Shown: positions 8,092 through 16,523, counted from the first letter of the stretch. The stretch: 28,724 nt of DNA from a virus (IMGVR_UViG_3300049594_000042:1-28724); one strand, 5' to 3'. Notes: generated by a model from the letters alone, not told the origin. Made by a program: numbers and translations.

Positions 8092-8595
8092 AGTGACGGT
8101 TGATACCCTTCAATGTGCATGGAAAGTTTGACCGCCCCACCTGATATGTTCGTACAACGGATCAGGTAGTTGGTCGAGGGGGACAGGATCAACTCGGAAG
8201 TGAATCCTGCTGTCACACCGTTCGTATGCTTGTCGCCGGCAGGGATGTACTGCGTCCCGTTCAACTGAGTCCCCCGTACCCGTAACGGTCGGAGAATAGG
8301 TGACTGTGCCACTGAACACCTTGGCAGATGTCCTGTTATGGTTGGTCATCGTCACCGCAGACCCTGCCGCCGAGAAGGTCGTACCCTCGTAGATGAAGAC
8401 TGTCGCTTCACCGGAGATGGACACCGCCATGATCGCATGGAAGTTACTGGATGATCCGACCTGCACCAAAATGTCCTGACTACTGCCGGCGCTCAATGAA
8501 CTGTTATAGTAGCCACCGGAGAAGAAGCGGCCTTCGTGAATCTTCTGGTGAGCGTAGTCAATCGACTCATTGTTAGCAGGGAACTGAGTGATCAT
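8088..8595 (-). CDS. Beta-rich putative virion protein interrupted by a +1 frameshift at a G5 run (8271-8275); 168 aa if corrected
   Basis: Frame 0 gives ...YSPTVTGTG, then the +1 frame continues TQLNGTQYIPAG...ELILSPSTNYLIRCTNISGG...EGYQPSL*, whose stop overlaps the next ATG. Confidence 0.7.
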
Positions 8596-8918
8596 AATCG
8601 CACCTCTTCACCAGTAATCGTCACTGTGATACCAGAAGCCCCAGCGATCCCTTTGATGAAGTCGCCAGTGTTCAGGTGCTGGGTGCCGGTCCATTGAACC
8701 AAGGTGTTCGCGGGGATCGTCACTGTCGGGAACATGGCATTGGATGCCGTAGCAGAACCACCTACCGGGACGATGTGTAGAGCGATGGTTGTCGGGGTAG
8801 CCGAGGTGTTGGCGATAAGTACATCAGCCATATCCGTCCGGTAGCCCGTGGGGACCGTGTAGAGCGTTGTGCCACCACCCGTACTTACTGCTGCTTGACC
8901 TAGCCGTTTCATACCCAA
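8592..8918 (-). CDS. Small beta-sandwich putative virion protein (108 aa)
   Basis: TLYTVP...IANTS...TIPANT...LNTGDFI...VTITGEE pattern seen in many phage structural modules; overlaps both neighbours. Confidence 0.65.
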   Translation of the reverse strand: MGMKRLGQAAVSTGGGTTLYTVPTGYRTDMADVLIANTSATPTTIALHIVPVGGSATASNAMFPTVTIPANTLVQWTGTQHLNTGDFIKGIAGASGITVTITGEEVRL

Positions 8919-9895
8919 TCACTCCCGTTCCAGTATCTCAGTTGAGCATCAACCCAAGCTGATCCGTTCCAATATGCCAATGTCGAACTACCACCCGTCT
9001 GCGGGAACGTCGAGAAAGAGAACGTCCCTGTCAGATTGAACCCTTGAAGCGTGTAGATAGCTACGTTACAGTCGAGGTAGTTGTTAGCTACAACGAAGGT
9101 ACGATCAAACGTGGCACCTGACGCATTGTAGTCCTCTGCGAAATAATCCTGACTAGCGTAGCCGCTGTACCAGTTGTATGCGCCATGTGAGCAGGATAGC
9201 GCGTAGTCTATCTGCCCTGCGGAGTAGGCGAGGCTGGCATCCTGCCCTGCGAGCGAGAACGTCCCCGCTTCACAGGTGATGGATCGAGTCCAAGGTGTGG
9301 TGATGTCCTGTCCGGTGAGCGTATAGCCACCGTGGGACGCGATGATCTGCGATGCTTTATTCAGTGTAGCCGAGCGGCCACTGAAGGTATAAGTGCCGTT
9401 ACTGGCGATCAGTTTGACTGCCCGGACAAAAGTAGCCGAGTAGCCGGTCGAACTGTAGGAACCGTGAGCTAGAGCGAGTTTCCGATTGAAAACGAAAGTA
9501 GTCGCCTGACCAGTTAATGAGTAGTCAGCATGGGAGCAGGAGAGCGAATAATCAACCTTGGCTGCACCAGGGATGTAACTTAGGGTAGCGTCAATCCCCG
9601 TTAGGGTGTAAGAACCGTGAGCCGAAGTGAGGCTATGCCCAATCTTCAGTAATCCAGTGTTCTGCCCTGTGTAGCTATAGGTCGTATGCGCACAGGTGAG
9701 GCTATGACCACGCTTTAGTGTCCCTGATGCCTGACCCGTATATGAGTAGGTCGTATGGGCGCAGGTAAGGCTATGACCGCGCTTTAACGTGCCAGAGGCT
9801 TGCCCTGTGTAGGTATAAGACCCGTTAGCACAGGTGAGACTGTAATTGGTCGGCCCACCGGCTGTTCCCTGCCCAAGTAGCAGTGGGAGCAGCAT
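8909..9895 (-). CDS. Repeat-built putative fibre/filament protein (328 aa)
   Basis: About 11 copies of a ~22-23 aa unit (SLxCxxGxYxxTGQ); C-terminal YWNGSxWV twice. Confidence 0.65.
   Translation of the reverse strand: MLLPLLLGQGTAGGPTNYSLTCANGSYTYTGQASGTLKRGHSLTCAHTTYSYTGQASGTLKRGHSLTCAHTTYSYTGQNTGLLKIGHSLTSAHGSYTLTGIDATLSYIPGAAKVDYSLSCSHADYSLTGQATTFVFNRKLALAHGSYSSTGYSATFVRAVKLIASNGTYTFSGRSATLNKASQIIASHGGYTLTGQDITTPWTRSITCEAGTFSLAGQDASLAYSAGQIDYALSCSHGAYNWYSGYASQDYFAEDYNASGATFDRTFVVANNYLDCNVAIYTLQGFNLTGTFSFSTFPQTGGSSTLAYWNGSAWVDAQLRYWNGSDWV
9635..9841 (-). repeat. Three tandem 69-bp (23-aa) coding repeats
   Basis: SLTCANGSYTYTGQASGTLKRGH / SLTCAHTTYSYTGQASGTLKRGH / SLTCAHTTYSYTGQNTGLLKIGH. 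Confidence 0.9.
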
Positions 9896-9898
9896 GAC

Positions 9899-10555
9899 TT
9901 ACTCCACCGTGAAGGTGATTTCCCAAGCAGTGTTACCTGCTGCGGAGTTCGTCACTTGTACGCACTTCAATCCTTGGTTCTGACGCAGAAGAATGCCGTG
10001 TTGGATACCACCCGTCAGTGATCCTTGAATCGACTGAGGAACAAGCTCAAGACCACCAAGCGACGTTACGACGATAGAACCGTTGTTTGTCTCTTCGCCA
10101 TGCAAAGCGTAGTTCTTGATGGATGAACCGGAAGTGGTCGCCCCTCCTGTCGGCTTGCTACGGCAGGTGACGTTAGCACTCAAAGCAGTCTGTGAGGTAT
10201 CCGGCAACCATGCTGTCTGTGCAGAACCGCCTGTACCCACAGCAGAAGTACGGAACAATTGCCAATCGAACACAACACCAGTAACCGCTGTGGTGATGTT
10301 GGGGATTTGCTTGATGGAGACAATACGAACCAACAAGGTCGCGTCTGCGTTGAAGATGTCCCAATGAACCGTGTTGGCGACAGCAACATGAACCTGCGAC
10401 GGGATTGCGTAGAGATAGGTATCTTTCGATCCGACAATATGCCCACCTTCATCTGCCGTACAAATAACTTGGTACTCTTTGCTGTTGGCGAGTTGTGTCG
10501 CTACTGTTGCTCCAGAACCAGGAGTTACTAAGATCGAATCGTTAGCTTGAGCCAT
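9899..10555 (-). CDS. Beta-rich putative virion protein (218 aa)
   Basis: Tightly packed in the late operon; Thr/Ser/Val-rich; ends AWEITFTVE. Confidence 0.6.
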   Translation of the reverse strand: MAQANDSILVTPGSGATVATQLANSKEYQVICTADEGGHIVGSKDTYLYAIPSQVHVAVANTVHWDIFNADATLLVRIVSIKQIPNITTAVTGVVFDWQLFRTSAVGTGGSAQTAWLPDTSQTALSANVTCRSKPTGGATTSGSSIKNYALHGEETNNGSIVVTSLGGLELVPQSIQGSLTGGIQHGILLRQNQGLKCVQVTNSAAGNTAWEITFTVE

Positions 10556-10556
10556 G

Positions 10557-11192
10557 TCAAACCCCTGTGTTGAAGTCAGGTGCGCGGAACGGAGTAGAGG
10601 CTTTATCTACCTCAATGTGCAAATCCGCCGTGATACCGTAAATAGATTCTGGGAACGTGTCATTCACATGGGTAGCGTCACGAAAGATTCGCGTCATTAC
10701 CATCGCATCGACGTTCAATAGTGTGCCAGGAATGCCTTGATTCTCTGGTGCCTCTGCGACGAAATGCTCAAAGGCACTGTTTGCAGTAATCTCGAATTCC
10801 ACATAGATCGTCTGCGTATCAGGGAAGACTACAGTACCCGAGTCATCATGCCGCCTAGCCCCTGTGTATTCAAATCCCAACCGGACAACCCCAGAATCGT
10901 TCGTCTTGCAGGAGAAATGGAAGTGCGGATACAGCATTGTTCCAGTTCGCCACGCATGAGGGATATGGAAGTTACTAAAGACTTCCAGCACATCGCTAGG
11001 AGTGAATTCGTACAGGTAGATACCACCCTTGAACTGCGATGTAACCGGAGAGGCATTACCTCCCCGCGTGTACAGTTCAGCTACGATGTCCGCCCAACCA
11101 TTCTTGGTACGGTCGTTAAAATGGGTGGTATTACCATCGATTTCCTCGTTGGTAAGACCGGACCCCTTAACTGATCGGAAGGTGAGAGTCAT
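10557..11192 (-). CDS. Putative fibre-associated virion protein (211 aa)
   Basis: N-terminal RSVKGSGLTNEEIDGN resembles the RxxKGSxLTxxExDxN motif that starts many phage fibre-like proteins; followed by a beta-rich domain (FHIPHAW...YPHFHF). Confidence 0.6.
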   Translation of the reverse strand: MTLTFRSVKGSGLTNEEIDGNTTHFNDRTKNGWADIVAELYTRGGNASPVTSQFKGGIYLYEFTPSDVLEVFSNFHIPHAWRTGTMLYPHFHFSCKTNDSGVVRLGFEYTGARRHDDSGTVVFPDTQTIYVEFEITANSAFEHFVAEAPENQGIPGTLLNVDAMVMTRIFRDATHVNDTFPESIYGITADLHIEVDKASTPFRAPDFNTGV

Positions 11193-11605
11193 CAGGTGAC
11201 CTGGAATACACCGTTAGTGCCATCGAGGTTCGCGGTGAAAGTGTCACCGTTCGTCCCGTTCATCACCACGTTACCACCGTAGTCCCAGTAGCCGACCGTG
11301 ATGTTGTTGGTACTATTGACCAAGAGAACATAGCGGAAGGTGAAACCACCGCCCGTAGCAGTCCAAGTCGAGGGGCTGTTCAGCACCAACTTGTAGGTGC
11401 CGGCAGACTGAGTGGCGCTCGATACGGTAGCCGTATTGCCGCCAGCCGTATAGCCGCCAGAGGTCGTCAGGTCAGTCGTACCAGCCACGAAAGCAGACGA
11501 GGCAGGAGAAGTGGCAGCAAGGGCGATCTTCCAAGTGTCAGACCCCGAGTTGATTGCCTCCAACAGCGGTTCAATAGCGTCCGCGACTTTTACGAATGTA
11601 GCCAT
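11192..11605 (-). CDS. Putative virion structural protein (137 aa)
   Basis: SDTWKIAL...GGYTAGG...TWTATGG...FRYVLL...GYWDYG...GDTFT pattern, recognised from other phage structural regions; SD AAGGAG. Confidence 0.65.
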   Translation of the reverse strand: MATFVKVADAIEPLLEAINSGSDTWKIALAATSPASSAFVAGTTDLTTSGGYTAGGNTATVSSATQSAGTYKLVLNSPSTWTATGGGFTFRYVLLVNSTNNITVGYWDYGGNVVMNGTNGDTFTANLDGTNGVFQVT

Positions 11606-11615
11606 GTGTTACTCC

Positions 11616-12101
11616 TTAAATCTGTAGCCACAACTGATTAAGCTGCGGGTTAGATGGTGGTGTGGATGATACTTCAATTTGCCAAGCGTTTCCAGATACG
11701 AAGGTGGAAGCCGTATTACCTTCCGGTAGCGGACCTGCATCGATTACTTTACCATTTGACAGTTTAAGAACCAGATGCCCATCAATATCGACTTCAGAAT
11801 CGACTACCGATACACCCTGTTTTCCGTCTTTACCCGGTTTTCCATCCTTACCATTGATGCCAGCGTCACCTTTAGGACCGATAGCTCCAGCCGGACCAAC
11901 CGCTCCAGCAGGACCAGGATCACCTTTCTCGCCTTTTTCACCGCGATCACCCTTATCGCCCTTCTGTAGCTGTCGGGCTTCCAGTTCTACTAATCTTTCA
12001 CCATAACTTGTTAGAACTTTCCCGAAGAACGTCGATACCACGACCAACTTGGCCGCGATATCGACATCCGGTGCGAGAAGTTTCTTAAGTTTGTCGATCA
12101 T
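11616..12101 (-). CDS. Collagen-like triple-helix protein (161 aa)
   Basis: 17 consecutive G-X-Y triplets (GDKGDR...GKQGVS), then DIDGHLVLKLSNG and C-terminal STPPSNPQLNQLWL. Confidence 0.85.
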   Translation of the reverse strand: MIDKLKKLLAPDVDIAAKLVVVSTFFGKVLTSYGERLVELEARQLQKGDKGDRGEKGEKGDPGPAGAVGPAGAIGPKGDAGINGKDGKPGKDGKQGVSVVDSEVDIDGHLVLKLSNGKVIDAGPLPEGNTASTFVSGNAWQIEVSSTPPSNPQLNQLWLQI

Positions 12102-14161
12102 TGCATCAATTCAGAGGCTTTACTCATGTAGTCGCTGGTCTTGGCGGCTTCGGCCTGTTTCGCTTGCATCTGCTGGGTAGCGATCCGCTCGTTAGACCGA
12201 ATATCTTCTTCACGGAGCATCAGATCGGCTATCTTGGCGCGGCGCTCGAAGTCTTTACCTTCGTTGTCCTCGTCCAGATTGTTCGCCAGTGCGCTGATGA
12301 TCTTCGCCTTAGTCTCTTCCGGTGCCAGTTGAGCCTCAACCCTAGCCTTCTCTGCCTGGGCCTCTTTAAGCGCCGTTTCAGCCGCTTTCAGACGAGCTTC
12401 CATCTCTGCCGCCTGTTGAGCCATCGCCTGTTGCTGCGGGTTAGGCTGACTCATCTGCGCCATCTGTGCCAGCATCTGCTCCTTGTTACTCAGACTGGAG
12501 TTCTTGACCACGCCCTGCATGAGTACCGGAGTCAGCGGGGACTGTGCACCCAGCGTCTGGATCAGGAAGGCAAGCTGCTTCTGCTCATACTCACGGGCGA
12601 TGATGCCCAGCGTAGCGGTCGGGATGAACTTGACATCGACAGAGGGATACCGCTCGGGATCGAACTGCATATAGCGCCAAGTGGTCTTGTAGATGAACGG
12701 GATCAGGAAGTCTTCTTGGAAGTTCGTCAGTACCCGCTTGTACTTCTTGATCATCGTGGCAGTAGCCATATCCATCGACTGACCATCACGGGCGACTGCA
12801 CTCGGCGTACCATTGGAGTCAATCGTGCCGGTTGCCATCAGCAGCATCCGTTCAAACTCTTTGCTGGTCTGCATCGCCTGACCATCGTTGGTGCCGAACT
12901 TGAACGGCATCAGAATCTCGGCAGGGTTGCCGTTGGTCATGAACGCCTTACCCGGCTTGACCTCAAACTTGGCACCTCGAGGCAGTCGGGTAGCGTCCAT
13001 CCCCATCATAGGGGCAACAGTCAGCGCCAGAGCGTCCATGTGGCTTCTGGCGCTGCCGTCGATGGCGGCTTGCATATTGTATGCCTTCTCGACCGTACCC
13101 CGCCCCAAGAGGCGATTAGGCACCGTATCAGCCTGATAGCTGATCACCGGTCGATCCTTCATCATGTAGGGCGACTCTTCGGCCTTCAGGAGCAGGGAAC
13201 CGTTGGCGATGACGATGATCGCCTCCACCATGTCAGTGTAGTCCTCAATCTGCTCGCTGACTGCCATTTCCCCTTCATTCGGGAACAGTTCCTCGACCTC
13301 TTCCATGCCCGTGACGTACTCACGCGGCACCAGACCGTAGTATGTCAGCAGGAGAACCTTGTCATCCTCGTACTGGACATCCTCCTGGGTCACTTCCAGC
13401 GAGTCATCCTCGTAAAGTGAGCCAATATCTACGTTCTTGTACTTGCCAGACTTGATACCAGCCGCGATCTTGTGGATGCTGACGTACTTCTCAATCGCTA
13501 CACCCATACAGTCGTCAATCGACGTACCGTTGGGGTCGAAAAGGAAGTTTTTCGGATTAACCGGTACCAATTTCACGCAAACACGGTCTTTTTCACCCAC
13601 ACCGTAAGCCATTTGCTGCTGGTCGAGGGGTACTTGCATGGGTTTGAACTGTTTTTCGCTGCCAACAGTGATCTCACCGATACCCGTACCGTAAATTTCA
13701 GCTAAAAGAGTGATCTGATCGAAGGATTTCCGCACTTTGTCCTGTGCAAAATCCTCCATTAGCTGATTTTTCAGCTTTTCAACGTCAATTTGACCATTTT
13801 GGTCAGCCAGATCGTCCTTGATGTCGAAGAACTCCCCTTGACCGAAGATCGCTTCGATGATTTCAGCGTGGCGAGTCTCTACTGCTTGTTGGGTAGCCGG
13901 GCTGATGACACGGGAGCGCTCGGAACCACGGGTCTTGTCCTCTTCCGCCCACTGCCCACGGAAGATACGCTCGTACTTGAGCCAATCGTCGAGGTAGTTC
14001 TGATCGCGGAACTCGCGCCAACGGTCCGTATGATCGACAACAAAGGCAGTTAGCTCCTTGTCGGACTCGGTAGGCTCGTAATACTGAGGTGCTTGCTCGT
14101 CTTCAGCGGCAACGTCAATGACCTGCCCTGTCTGTTCGTAATTGACGTTATCTGCGTCCAT
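12098..14161 (-). CDS. Portal protein, P22-like (687 aa)
   Basis: Follows terL; IYGTGIG and GRGTVEKAYNMQ motifs; long C-terminal Gln/Ala coiled coil (barrel). Confidence 0.9.
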   Translation of the reverse strand: MDADNVNYEQTGQVIDVAAEDEQAPQYYEPTESDKELTAFVVDHTDRWREFRDQNYLDDWLKYERIFRGQWAEEDKTRGSERSRVISPATQQAVETRHAEIIEAIFGQGEFFDIKDDLADQNGQIDVEKLKNQLMEDFAQDKVRKSFDQITLLAEIYGTGIGEITVGSEKQFKPMQVPLDQQQMAYGVGEKDRVCVKLVPVNPKNFLFDPNGTSIDDCMGVAIEKYVSIHKIAAGIKSGKYKNVDIGSLYEDDSLEVTQEDVQYEDDKVLLLTYYGLVPREYVTGMEEVEELFPNEGEMAVSEQIEDYTDMVEAIIVIANGSLLLKAEESPYMMKDRPVISYQADTVPNRLLGRGTVEKAYNMQAAIDGSARSHMDALALTVAPMMGMDATRLPRGAKFEVKPGKAFMTNGNPAEILMPFKFGTNDGQAMQTSKEFERMLLMATGTIDSNGTPSAVARDGQSMDMATATMIKKYKRVLTNFQEDFLIPFIYKTTWRYMQFDPERYPSVDVKFIPTATLGIIAREYEQKQLAFLIQTLGAQSPLTPVLMQGVVKNSSLSNKEQMLAQMAQMSQPNPQQQAMAQQAAEMEARLKAAETALKEAQAEKARVEAQLAPEETKAKIISALANNLDEDNEGKDFERRAKIADLMLREEDIRSNERIATQQMQAKQAEAAKTSDYMSKASELMQ

Positions 14162-14170
14162 GAGTCGCTC

Positions 14171-14221
14171 CTAGCGGCGTTTGACGGGAGGGCGTTTCGT
14201 CTTCTTGGGTTTGCAAGCCAT
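14171..14221 (-). CDS. 16-aa basic micropeptide MACKPKKTKRPPVKRR
   Basis: SD AGGAG 6 nt upstream of ATG; fills the terL-portal gap; its TAG overlaps the portal SD (TAGGAG). Confidence 0.6.
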   Translation of the reverse strand: MACKPKKTKRPPVKRR

Positions 14222-14251
14222 AGCTTTCTCCTATCGATTGCCGCGAGGGTA

Positions 14252-15520
14252 TCAGAATCCACAAATCTCGTCAATCACTTCATATTCCTCCTGCACCTCG
14301 TTCAGATCACCATAGACCACCGTAGCCAGGTGATCCACCATCGACAGCGCATCCAGCAAGTCATCATGCGCCTTCTGTGACGGGAATGCCAGCATCTCCT
14401 TCTTGATCTCCATCCAATCCTCCTTGGGGTTGAACGTGATCCTGCCATGCTCCATTCTCCCCTGGAGCGAATACACGATCCGGTTAGCCTTACTGCTCCC
14501 GCTGGTCGGGATCGCCTCCACATGGCAATGGACGTTGTTCTTCCTAGACAAGTCCTGAAAGTACGGCATGAACGCTCTCATCAGCGCACCCTTCTCCATA
14601 CCCACACAAATCGGCTTGTGACTTCTCACTGCCATCAGCACCCTCACAGCAGCCTCCCTGACATCCCATCGTCCATAGTCGATCTTCTGCACCCACCAGT
14701 TCCCGTTGTCGTACACCCTGACCACAGCAATAGCGAAGAAGTCCAGATACTTCTTCTTCATGTCATCCACTGCGGCATTCTCAAACCCCGCAGGGTCAAT
14801 CGCTATGTAGGTACTGTACTGACCTTTCGGCTCCTCTCCCGTAGCGAACCACTCCATCTTCAGGATATTCGCACCAGCCGTATCCCACTCAGCCTCATAC
14901 TCCTGCAAGTACGCTGCCGTACTCATCGACTTCCTCGCCGCCTCGATCTCCTTCGGATCGATAAGCTCGTTATCGCAAGTCTTGAACAACCACGATTTCC
15001 AATCACTATCCTCACCCGTCTGCCCCAGGTCGTACAACCTCCTGAAACTGTCAGCATCCGGCTTCGGGCTACCAATGAACACCGCAGTCCCCTTCAAGTC
15101 ACTCAACGCAGGACGGATGATGTACTCCCATGTCTGCGCCTTCGCGTCCTGATACTCGTCCAGCGTCACATGGTACAACTTCATCCCCCGCAAGCTATCC
15201 GGGTTATCACTACCACGGACACATATCCGCATCCCATTGACCAGCCGTATCTCACCATTATTCACGTTACTACTAGCGATCACCGGCGCTGCCAACTGGA
15301 TCAACGGCTCCCATGCCAGCATCCTCGCCATTCCCCATGTCGGGGCTACATACAACACCACCGCCGAATTCTCCCTGCACTCCAGCGCGCGTATCACCGT
15401 CTGTACCAGAGAGAACTGCGTCTTCCCCGTCCGTCGCCCAGCCACTATCACCTTAAACCGTGAGTTATCGGATATGACTTGTCTCTGCCAGTTCAACAAC
15501 GTGAAATTGAGATCAGCCAT
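14252..15520 (-). CDS. terL: Terminase large subunit (422 aa)
   Basis: Walker A GRRTGKT, SLRG, Walker B VTLDEY, RNase H-like nuclease motifs IDPAG and HDDLLDA. Confidence 0.95.
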   Translation of the reverse strand: MADLNFTLLNWQRQVISDNSRFKVIVAGRRTGKTQFSLVQTVIRALECRENSAVVLYVAPTWGMARMLAWEPLIQLAAPVIASSNVNNGEIRLVNGMRICVRGSDNPDSLRGMKLYHVTLDEYQDAKAQTWEYIIRPALSDLKGTAVFIGSPKPDADSFRRLYDLGQTGEDSDWKSWLFKTCDNELIDPKEIEAARKSMSTAAYLQEYEAEWDTAGANILKMEWFATGEEPKGQYSTYIAIDPAGFENAAVDDMKKKYLDFFAIAVVRVYDNGNWWVQKIDYGRWDVREAAVRVLMAVRSHKPICVGMEKGALMRAFMPYFQDLSRKNNVHCHVEAIPTSGSSKANRIVYSLQGRMEHGRITFNPKEDWMEIKKEMLAFPSQKAHDDLLDALSMVDHLATVVYGDLNEVQEEYEVIDEICGF

Positions 15521-16037
15521 CGACAGTCACTCCACTCTCGATCTGGTTGTACGGACTTGTGACACCTGTGATGGTGATATTGATCGGACCACCATTGTTC
15601 GACTCAGCCTTCTCGTTCGACTTATATCGCCTATCCCATGACTGCAACACGAACTTGATCGTATCCACTCTCAACTTGGTCCGCTGGACATCCTCCATCG
15701 ATTCCGTGTCATCCACAGTTTCCATAAGCCTGTCTTCCAGGATGAGCATCCCGTTCTTCTTGGCTTCCTGAAATCTGTCGAACCGTTGGGCATCCCTTCT
15801 CACCCATGCCATAAAGCGACCAACATCGACACCTCTCGGGTCTTCCTTGATTGTCTGACTTGCCGGTCTTCCCGCTTCCAAGGATTCAATCACCCGCTCA
15901 AAGATCGACTCAAAGGTAATCCGCTGGATTTCCTTGTGATCCTTTGTTCGCGGGAATTTCATGTCCTGCTCTGATATCTGGTCATCAGTGGGTCTGAGCC
16001 AGTCTGGTAACGTGGAATTGTCCATGATAGGTTCCAT
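15513..16037 (-). CDS. terS: Terminase small subunit (174 aa)
   Basis: Overlaps the terL start; N-terminal HTH-like region, DVQRTKLRVDTIKF oligomerisation helix (Sf6/P22 style), C-terminal beta strand INITITG. Confidence 0.8.
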   Translation of the reverse strand: MEPIMDNSTLPDWLRPTDDQISEQDMKFPRTKDHKEIQRITFESIFERVIESLEAGRPASQTIKEDPRGVDVGRFMAWVRRDAQRFDRFQEAKKNGMLILEDRLMETVDDTESMEDVQRTKLRVDTIKFVLQSWDRRYKSNEKAESNNGGPINITITGVTSPYNQIESGVTVDG

Positions 16038-16115
16038 TGTTGATGTGCTGCCCTAGGGTATCACAGTTTAACTGATTATGGAATGTGTAAGGTCATTTTA
16101 GCTTCTTCGGCGCGT

Positions 16116-16163
16116 GGGGGGCTCTGGCTAAAACTTACACAGATGAGTCAGACCCTCCCCCCC
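16116..16163. other. G6...C7 imperfect inverted repeat upstream of terS
   Basis: GGGGGG-C-TCTGGCT-16 nt-AGTCAGA-CCCT-CCCCCCC. Confidence 0.4.
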
Positions 16164-16324
16164 TGGCATCACGAACAAGAATCATTCGCATCTGGAGGTG
16201 ACGCGGTAGCAGGTGGAGCAGTGACACCACAGACCCGAGCCGACCTGGATACCCGACTAACCTGGTCAGGTAATACATGGTTGTCACACTTGGAACAGTT
16301 ACAGACTATCGAACTATCCTAGAA

Positions 16325-16341
16325 TCCCGAATGATTCGGGA
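16325..16341. promoter_or_regulatory. 17-bp palindrome (operator-like)
   Basis: TCCCGAAT-G-ATTCGGGA, perfect 8-bp arms. Confidence 0.55.
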
Positions 16342-16360
16342 CTGTGTAACTGTGACAATG

Positions 16361-16523
16361 TGTAAATGTAAATAAGTGTAACTGTTCCATCCGTGCTTTC
16401 CGTGCGAGAATTTTTGGATGAGTTAAATTCTTGTAATAATTCCAACTACAAAACTAAATTTTTCAAAGTATCCATATCCCCAAAACTAGACGGATGGAAC
16501 AGTTACACTTATTTACATTTACA
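16361..16523. repeat. Perfect 34-bp inverted repeat around a 95-bp AT-rich spacer
   Basis: TGTAAATGTAAATAAGTGTAACTGTTCCATCCGT (16361-16394) and its exact reverse complement (16490-16523). Confidence 0.95.

Noticed and set aside
9635-9841. Diversity-generating retroelement TR/VR pair
   Set aside because: Differences are synonymous and not adenine-specific; no reverse transcriptase in the window.
12101-13420. 439-aa plus-strand ORF
   Set aside because: Antisense shadow of the portal gene.
14050-14274. 74-aa ORF spanning the terL-portal gap
   Set aside because: Overlaps both genes out of frame; the 16-aa ORF with a good SD explains the gap better.
14447-15463. 338-aa His/Pro/Leu-rich plus-strand ORF
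   Set aside because: Antisense to terL; composition follows from the local C-rich skew.
16083-16322. 79-aa ORF in the control region
   Set aside because: No SD, runs through G/C tracts and palindromes, no recognisable protein features.
16361-16523. MITE / transposon-end interpretation (TGT...ACA ends)
   Set aside because: No convincing target-site duplication (only TG), no transposase in the window, and partial arm copies outside the element favour iterated binding sites. Not fully excluded.
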